Source: the human T2T-CHM13v2.0 reference genome, Homo sapiens
Assembly (NCBI RefSeq): GCF_009914755.1
Contig: NC_060936.1
Direction: 5' to 3' (one strand)
DNA length: 64,000 bases
The notes under the pieces are model-generated. The model did not search any database. It worked only from the letters and a program-made list of their open reading frames with translations, and was not told the DNA's origin. Both the position numbers and the translations under genes were made by a program. Positions 55,337 to 64,000 of the stretch are shown here, in pieces; the first letter of the stretch is position 1; each line of letters begins with the position of its first letter.

Positions 55337-55911
55337 CAAAAGCTCAGAGTTCAATCTGAGTCCTTATTATAGGAACTCCGCAGAATTTAATACCTGCCTT
55401 CTAGTCCCATATGACCCAGCCTGACACAGCGTGACTTTCTAGTATATTTATTTTGTTAGTATTTTTAATCTATTTTTATTTTCTAGTATCTTTTAGAAAA
55501 TAAACTTTTAAATTCTTTATTGTGTCAGGGAGGGGTATAGGTTTAATTTTCTTTAATACTGACAGGTGCTCAGAAGTCTTTTATTTTTTCATTTATTGAT
55601 GAAAATTTCAAATTATTGGCTTAGTTTAAGATCTTTATTAGTTTATTGAAATGGAAATAATATGGATAATTCCATTGAAATGAAAGCAATGATCTATACC
55701 TAGAACTGCATGTCCCCAAATAAGGTCATACATCATAAAATAAGGAGCACAGGGGTGAGAGCAGAGCACTTTTATTTCTCTTGATTGTTCCATTGACTTA
55801 CCCTGAAACTGAAAACGGATGAAGTCTTGGTTTTCACATCTATAAGATAAAGGGGGTAGATTCAAAGTGCTCCAAAATTCATTCTTGCTTGAAATCTCTG
55901 ATCCTGCGCAG
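55337..55911 (+). repeat. Local direct duplication, copy 1 (probable donor)
   Basis: Aligns end to end with 58493-59069. By manual count, 18 substitutions and one 2-bp indel. Confidence 0.97.
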
Positions 55912-56959
55912 CAGAAGTGAGTTGCTTTTTTTCTCTCTTCAGTGCTGGGACTACCGACCCTTGCAGCTGGCCCAAGTGTAAAAGAGAAGGGTATGGTCAG
56001 CTTGACTGGGTGACTGAATCTGTAGTTTGGGTTGATTTTGAAGTCTGCCTTACTTTTTTTTTAGCCTCCAGGATGGATACTTTGTAAACTCCACATTTAC
56101 TTTCCTTTTTATTTCCTCTTCAACAAAAGTAATTTAAGTTCACAAGAACGAAGATGATGACAGCAGCCTGGGCTTTAACTTTTGAACACTTTCCAGTTTT
56201 ATGTCTTATTAAGCGATATTGTAAGTAATATGCACATATTTCAATAAAATACATGAAAAACTTTGCACATTGTTAAGACATTTTTTCACAGTGTATTTTG
56301 TCAATTCTGGAAGTCTGTGAGAATCTGGCAAACTGTCAGGAAGTGGGGTAGTCAGAGAGGACACTGAAAATGAAGAATCTCTGATCAGGTGATGGTAGTG
56401 GCAGGGAAGGTTTAGGGAGCATGTTAAAATAAAATACCAAGAACACTAGCATGAATTTCATTTAAAACATATGTCTTAGCATCCTTGAGACTGCTTTTTC
56501 ATTTTAAAGAAGCAGGAATGTATATATTACATTTACATGAAACAAGTGTATTAATATTCATTGCAAAAGATGTCTTATTGCAGAATACTGAGATTAAAAA
56601 TGTCTTTAAAGCCAACATTGAAGTATAATGTAAAAATGCTAAATAATTTCTATTTTAACACATAAAATTAAGGAGAACTTATTCTATGCCATATATTGTG
56701 TGAATCTTACTATCCAACACACAATGAAATAGATCATTTTTGATAAAAAATAGCCACATGGGTTTGTTTTGCTGAAGTGAATCACTTTCTTCACTATTGA
56801 GCAGATCGGAGAGCTTATAAAAGAGTATGTGTGTGACAGTATCATGAAAGAGATAAATAGTCCTGGGAGGGGGTCGTAGTGGAGACACTGTTTACAATTA
56901 TGCAGGACCTCTTCCTATGTCATGCAAATTCAATGCTATATTTGATGCAAGAATATTCA

Positions 56960-57130
56960 CGAAACGTATCTCAGGCAACCTATCTAAGCCTTGGTTTTCT
57001 AAGCCATAAAATGGAGTGACCAACAGCATTTGACTCATGCTAGTATAAAAACATTAGGAAAGTTAATGTGTAAAAATCACCTTTTGCAGAGCCTAGCCCA
57101 TAGGAAGCCTCGATGAATGTTAGCCACTTG
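56960..57130 (+). mobile_element. MIR
   Basis: aagccttggttttctaagccataaaatggag...gttaatgtgtaaaa...cctagcccataggaagcctcgatgaatgttagc. Confidence 0.65.
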
Positions 57131-57999
57131 GACTACTTGCCTTGTTCTCATTAAAGCAGAAAGTAGCAGAATATAAATCTGGCTTAGTTAGAATAGTGTT
57201 ATTTCAGGTTTTTCTGTGTCATTTTCATACCTGTAAGTTAAGACTGCCTTTCTTCAAAGAAAAGAGTTTCTGCTTGCATTCAAAGGATGGATCAAAGCAT
57301 TAGTTTATATTCAGAAATAATAACGATGCCAGCGCCACAACATGATTGAGTGTCCATGTTGCCAGCTGTGAGTTTGCAAGCTAATGGTTGTCTTTACCAC
57401 AAAATATGTGAAGTAAGCAATGACGTTAATTGCCAGGTAACTAGAGAAGCCAAAGTTGAATAATGCCTATTTATTTTTCTATATTTATTATTTCTGCAGA
57501 AATTTTATGAATGCATTTTGACCACAGGGGACACAAATGTTTAGTTTTATGTAATAATAAATTGTCCATATTTGGGTTTTTGAATGATAATGTTTTTCCA
57601 CTTTCTTTTCATAACCTGATTTCTTCCCTAGATATAACCTTCCCTAAAAACTTACAAATTTCCTCTCATCCCACATAATTGTTAAACCATTTGAAAAAGC
57701 GTTATCATGATATCAATAGAAAAAGTGAGAAGGAAATACATTTTCTGTCTCTCAGTGGAGACATTTCTAAACTTGAGAGAAATGGCAGGAATCACAAAGC
57801 CCTTGATAGTTTTGTCTATTGAAAAAATTTAAACTTCTAAGGTTTCCAGGTATAAGGCAGCTTGAGTATTTATATATATAACATATACTTAGATATCATA
57901 TAGAGTATTTATATGAATATACTTAAGCTGCCTTATATATAAAATATGTAATATATAAACAATTTACATATTTATGTAGAAAGATAAATAATGCATAAT

Positions 58000-58003
<4 letters not shown>

Positions 58004-58039
<36 letters not shown>
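58004..58039. repeat. (TA)n microsatellite
   Basis: Directly visible. Confidence 0.96.
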
Positions 58040-58042
<3 letters not shown>

Positions 58043-58492
58043 CCTAGATTCCCAGTCTAATGTCTAAAGGAAAATATATAGTAAACACATGGTATCAACA
58101 CTGGAAATGTGACAAAGGTGAAAACCATATACGACAACTTTGAAGAAAGTTTGTAAGAAAGGGATGGAACCAGGAGAAAGAAGGGACTGGGGTGACCTGC
58201 ATGTGAAAGAATGGCAGGCGTTGGAAATGAAAGGCAGCTTTGCCACTGAATCCCACCAGAATCCCTAACTCTATGTAGCTGTAAGTCAAGGGAGAATGAG
58301 GAGAGCTAAAGGGCTCTTAGGCAGGTGCTGGGTGGGTGAACTGAGCACCTCAGAGCCCACTGGTGCCTATGGGATGTGCACTGGGCATGCCTAGGAGGCA
58401 TGCAAAACTAGGAGCCTGGTGCATCTAATGGGAAGGGCTGTGCCCGCAAAAGAGCTGACATTTCTATTTTTTCATGAACCATGAATATAAAT

Positions 58493-59069
58493 CAAAAGCT
58501 CAGAGTTCAATCTGAGTCCTTATTATAGGAACTCAGTAGAATTTAATACCTGCCTTCTAGTCCCATATGACCCAGCCTGACACAGCGTGACTTTCTAGTA
58601 TATTTATTTTGTTAGTATTTTTAATCTATTTTTATTTTCTAGTATCTTTTAGAAAATAAACTATTTTAAATTCTTTATTGTGTCAGGGAGAGGTGTAGGT
58701 TTAATTTTCTTTGATACTGAAGGGTGCTCAGAAATCTTTTATTTTTTCATTTATTGATGAAATTTTCAAATTATTGGCTTAGTTCAAGCTCTTTATTAGT
58801 TTATTGAAATGGAAATAATATGGATAATTCCATTGAAATGAAAGCAATGATCTATACCTAGAACTGCATATCCCCAAATAAGATCATACATCATAAAATA
58901 AGGAGCACAGGGGTGAGAGCAGAGCACTTTTATTTCTCTTGATTGTTCCATTGACTTACCCTGAAACTGAAAACGGATGAAGTCTTGGTTTTCACATCTA
59001 TAAGATAAAGGGGGTAGATTCAAAGTGCTCCAAAAATCATTCTGGCTTGAAATCTTCGATCCTACGCAG
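58493..59069 (+). repeat. Local direct duplication, copy 2 (probable derived copy, flanked by inverted repeats)
   Basis: ~97% identical to 55337-55911. Flanked by catgaatataaatca (58480-58494) and its exact reverse complement (59076-59090). Confidence 0.97.
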
Positions 59070-59114
59070 GATTCATGATTTATATTCATGAACTGTGATG
59101 TAAATCATTACATA

Positions 59115-59365
59115 TAATTTTTCTGGCTACCTCACCATTACTCCACGGAAACGGCTCTTATTAAGTCATCAAAAGCCTTCATGCAGCTACATCCAAAGGG
59201 TAGTTTTTCAGTATTTATCTTATCTGTCTTTTGATCACCTACTTCTTTTTGAAATATTGTTTTGTCTCCTGAACCTAGATTTTCCCAATTTTCTTGCTGC
59301 CTCTCACTCTTTCTTGGGTCCTTTGTGTCTTAGTGTCATTGCAGACATTAAATATTGGAAATTTA
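59115..59365 (+). mobile_element. L2 internal fragment
   Basis: cattactccacggaaacggctcttattaagtcatcaa...catccaaaggg...gacattaaatattgga. Confidence 0.7.
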
Positions 59366-59433
59366 GGCCAGGCGTGGTGGCTCATGCCTGTAATCCCAGC
59401 ACTTTGGGAGGCCGAGGTGGTCAGATCACCTGA
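59366..59433 (+). mobile_element. Alu 5' end only (68 bp, AluS-like), no tail
   Basis: ggccaggcgtggtggctcatgcctgtaatcccagcactttgggaggccgaggtggtcagatcacctga, then homology stops abruptly. Confidence 0.93.
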
Positions 59434-59639
59434 TGTAATAAAAACTCCATAAAAGGGAAGCCAAGTCCACTGGGAAAAGTGAAGAGGAATTTATAGGACT
59501 CTCATATGTGTAGGACCACAAAGGGCTCAGGCCCCTCAGAGGTGATGTTTGTATCACCCAAGCAGGCAAAACCCCCAAACTGCTGAGGTGCTGGCTAAGA
59601 GCAAAGGAAACATAGAGTGGATAGTAGAAGAAAAAAGCT

Positions 59640-60110
59640 TTGGTAGTGTGCATTATTGGCCCTGATTCTGCAGCCTTTCTTCCATCATGCCTTTTTCCCC
59701 TTGATTTTAGATCTGGCCGTGTGTCTTGCTTTTGCCAATAGAATGAGTTGGAAGTTATAATGTACAAATTCCAAGCCTAGGCCGTAGGAGATCTCACAGG
59801 TTTCCACTTGTATTCTTGCACTTTGGTCATACGTATGAAAAGAATATGCTGGGGCTGGCCTAGCCCAAGGGGGACCCACACACGAAGCATTGCCAACCCC
59901 AGCTAAGCACAGCCTAGAGCAGCCAACTCCTAGCTAGCCACAGACATGTGAGCAAGTCCAGCTGAAAGCAGCAAAATTGCCCAGTTGGGTTCAGCCTAGG
60001 CCAGCTGACTTTAATTGACCAGTAGACTCATGAACTAAATAAATAAATGCTGCTAAAATGTCGTGGTTATTTGCTATGCAGCATTATTGTAGCCATACTC
60101 AACTGATACA
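59640..60110 (+). mobile_element. MLT1G/H-like MaLR solo LTR
   Basis: cttgcttttgccaatagaatgag...ttccaagcctaggcc...cacagacatgtgagc...gcagcattattgtagcc...aactgataca. Confidence 0.8.
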
Positions 60111-60524
60111 GAATTCACAAATGCCAGCATAGACTTGCAATGAGAACTTGGAAGTAGTCTCTTCATATTTTCTCTGCTGTTTCATGTATGCATTTTAATT
60201 AATTTTTCATTTGCTGATTTTCATGTATTTATTTATGTAGTATATTTTGGTTGTTGTTAACTTAGCAGTTTAACTTATAATTTGCAAAATGTCATGGTTG
60301 GAATTGCAATGATACTAAAGGAGGATTAGATACTACGATGCAGGAACAAATGATTTTTTTAGTTGGCCCTGTCTTTGGGCAGAGGGTAAGGGCATTTTCT
60401 CTTATGTAAAGATAGTTGTTTAATGATAGTTGAGAACACTTTATTGTTGTTGTAATGATATTGTTATATTTACGTATGGAAGAAGAGTGTAACTGATGTT
60501 GGGAAGTCAAGGAATAGGTTATGG

Positions 60525-60685
60525 TAGATATTTGTCATGATTTTTTGGTTAGCCACTTTTGGAACATTCTTCTGATGTTTGGGAAATGTCTTAGCTTATA
60601 AGTCCTGTCTTTCTAAGGTTTAAACTCACTTCCTAAGTCTCCTTGGTATCTGCGACACTGTCATATGACCTCAAATCATGGGCCA
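60525..60685 (+). mobile_element. LTR33-like 5' fragment
   Basis: tttttttggttagccac...tgtttgggaaatgtc...ctcacttcctaagtctccttg...catatgacct parallels the start of 22630-23326. Confidence 0.45.
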
Positions 60686-61731
60686 CCAAATCACTGTGCG
60701 TCCTTAGGTACCCTGAACTGCATATCCTCTAACCCACCAAGCCATGAAGCTGAGTGTGCACAGTAGAGCTCCATTATTGAATGGAAGTGATATATGCAGT
60801 TTGACTCAAGCAGGCCTCAAAGGCACAAGTGCTCAAATTCCCATGGCTTCTACTCCTGCTACATTTTAGCCCACATCTACACTCTCACAGATAATTCTCT
60901 ATAATCAACCGATTGAGGGGGAAAAAAACCTCCAGCCTGATTGCATACTGTCTAAGCACCAATGGAGAGTGGATGGTTGCAGCACTATAAACACACTCTG
61001 GGGCAGTCCTGAAGGATAGTGGTGAAGGGAAATCCCTCAGTGGGTAGAACTCTGAGCAGTGTACCTGGTTGTTCATTTTATTTGGGAAGAGACATAGCCA
61101 GATATGAGATTATATACTGGTTCTTGGCCTGTGGCCAATGGTTTGGCTGGATCAGCAGGGACTCAAACATAATTGGAAAATTAATAAGAAGGTCTGAGAA
61201 GAGGTATGTGGATAGATCCCTCTGAATCGGCCCAGAATGTGAAGATATTTACATCTTAAAGGGTGACCTCAGCAGAGGAGCATTTTAATAATCAGATGTC
61301 TAGGATGACCAGTTCTGTGTATCCCAGTCAGCCGCTTTCCACAGCCACTCTCATCATTGCCCAATGGACTCATGAACAAAGTGGCCATGGTGGCAGGAGT
61401 GGGGGTTATGGGGCTCAGTGACAAAACTTCCACTCACCAGGGGTAATGTGGATATAGCCACTGCTAAGTGCCCAGTCTGCTATTGCAGAGATCAACACTG
61501 GGCCCTTAATATGGCACCATCTCTGGGGTCATCATCCAGTTACTCAGTGGCAGGTTGATTATGTTGGACCACTTCCAGCATGAAAGGGGCAGTGCTTTGC
61601 TTTTACTAGTATCAACATTTACTTGAATGTTGATTCTCCTTCCCTGTCCACAAAGGCTCTGCCAATCTACCATCTGAAGACTTACAGAATGTCTTATCCA
61701 CTGTCATGGGATTCTATTTGGAATCATTTCT

Positions 61732-63260
<1,529 letters not shown>

Positions 63261-63559
63261 TCACAGTAAATAGAGTATGCCAATAGGTTCATAATCATGA
63301 AATTCACTGATCTTGGCGCATTCACCATCATCCTGAAGCAGCTGGCTTAAAAAAATAGTGGAATGGACTTTTGAAGACTTAAGGTGTCAGCTAGATGACA
63401 ATACCTTGCAGTGCTAGAACAATGTTCTCCAGGATGTGGTATGTGCACTAAATCAGTGTCCCATATATGGTACTGTTCCCTCCCATAGCCAGAATTCACA
63501 GGTCCAGGGATCAAGGAGTAGAAGTAGGGGTGGCCCTCTTTACTATAACCACTAGTGGT

Positions 63560-63830
63560 CTATTCATGAAATGTTTGCTTCCTGTCCCTGCAACCATAGG
63601 CTCTGCTGAGGTCTTAGCTCCAAAGGAAAATATTTCCAAGTGGAACAAAACAATGACTCCATTGAACTGGAATTTGAAACTGCCACCGGGCCACTTTGGG
63701 ATTCTCATGCATCTGAATCAACAGGCAAGGAGGGAGTTCACTGTAATGGTTGAGGTGATTGATCCTAACTATTAAGTGGAATGTGGGTCGCTATTACACA
63801 ATGCGGGTAAGGAGGAGCGTGTATAAAATT
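63560..63830 (+). pseudogene. ERV-L dUTPase remnant
   Basis: ORF 63467-63775 ends LKLPPGHFGIL...VEVIDPNY (dUTPase motif 3, GVIDxDY-like), followed by a stop. Lies downstream of integrase as expected for ERV-L. Confidence 0.8.
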
Positions 63831-64000
63831 TAGGGGATTCTCTAGTTTCTTTTAGCATTCCTGTGTCCTGTGAATAGGTTAATGGGAAGCTGCAATAACC
63901 TAATTCAGACACGACTCAATTGGGCTGTTATGGTTTAATTGTTGTGGGCCTAGACCCAGTAGGCAACCTGAGATGCTTGCAGAAGGCAAAGGGAATACAG

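Noticed and set aside
55638-59089. Near-identical ORFs 55638-55865 and 58796-59089 as a conserved small-protein family
   Set aside because: Their identity simply reflects the recent DNA duplication; no coding signature.

Overview
This is AT-rich, non-coding genomic DNA from a great ape, most likely human: an AluY and a very young L1PA2-like fragment are present. I find no credible host protein-coding exon, RNA gene or CRISPR array. The ORF track is explained by Alu, L1, LTR and simple-repeat translation; the only real protein remnants are L1 ORF2, a CR1/L3 RT C-terminus and ERV-L integrase/dUTPase. Much of the window is layered transposon debris: about 12 Alu pieces, old and young L1s, L2, MIR, a long CR1/L3, hAT MERs, MaLR/ERV1/ERVL LTRs (including a triple-nested LTR stack) and ERV-L internal sequence split by an L1PA. 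The most unusual structures are: (1) a ~97%-identical 575-bp local duplication whose derived copy is bracketed by perfect 15-bp inverted repeats and a 3-bp direct repeat; (2) a ~110-bp templated insertion that copied an L1/MLT1 junction; (3) a probable short L1 3' transduction; (4) several fold-back palindromes; (5) a repeat-free, CpG-retaining, TAAT-rich block at ~7.0-8.9 kb that looks like a conserved enhancer. Repeat subfamily names come from remembered consensus sequences and need Dfam/RepeatMasker confirmation. Boundaries of old repeats are approximate.
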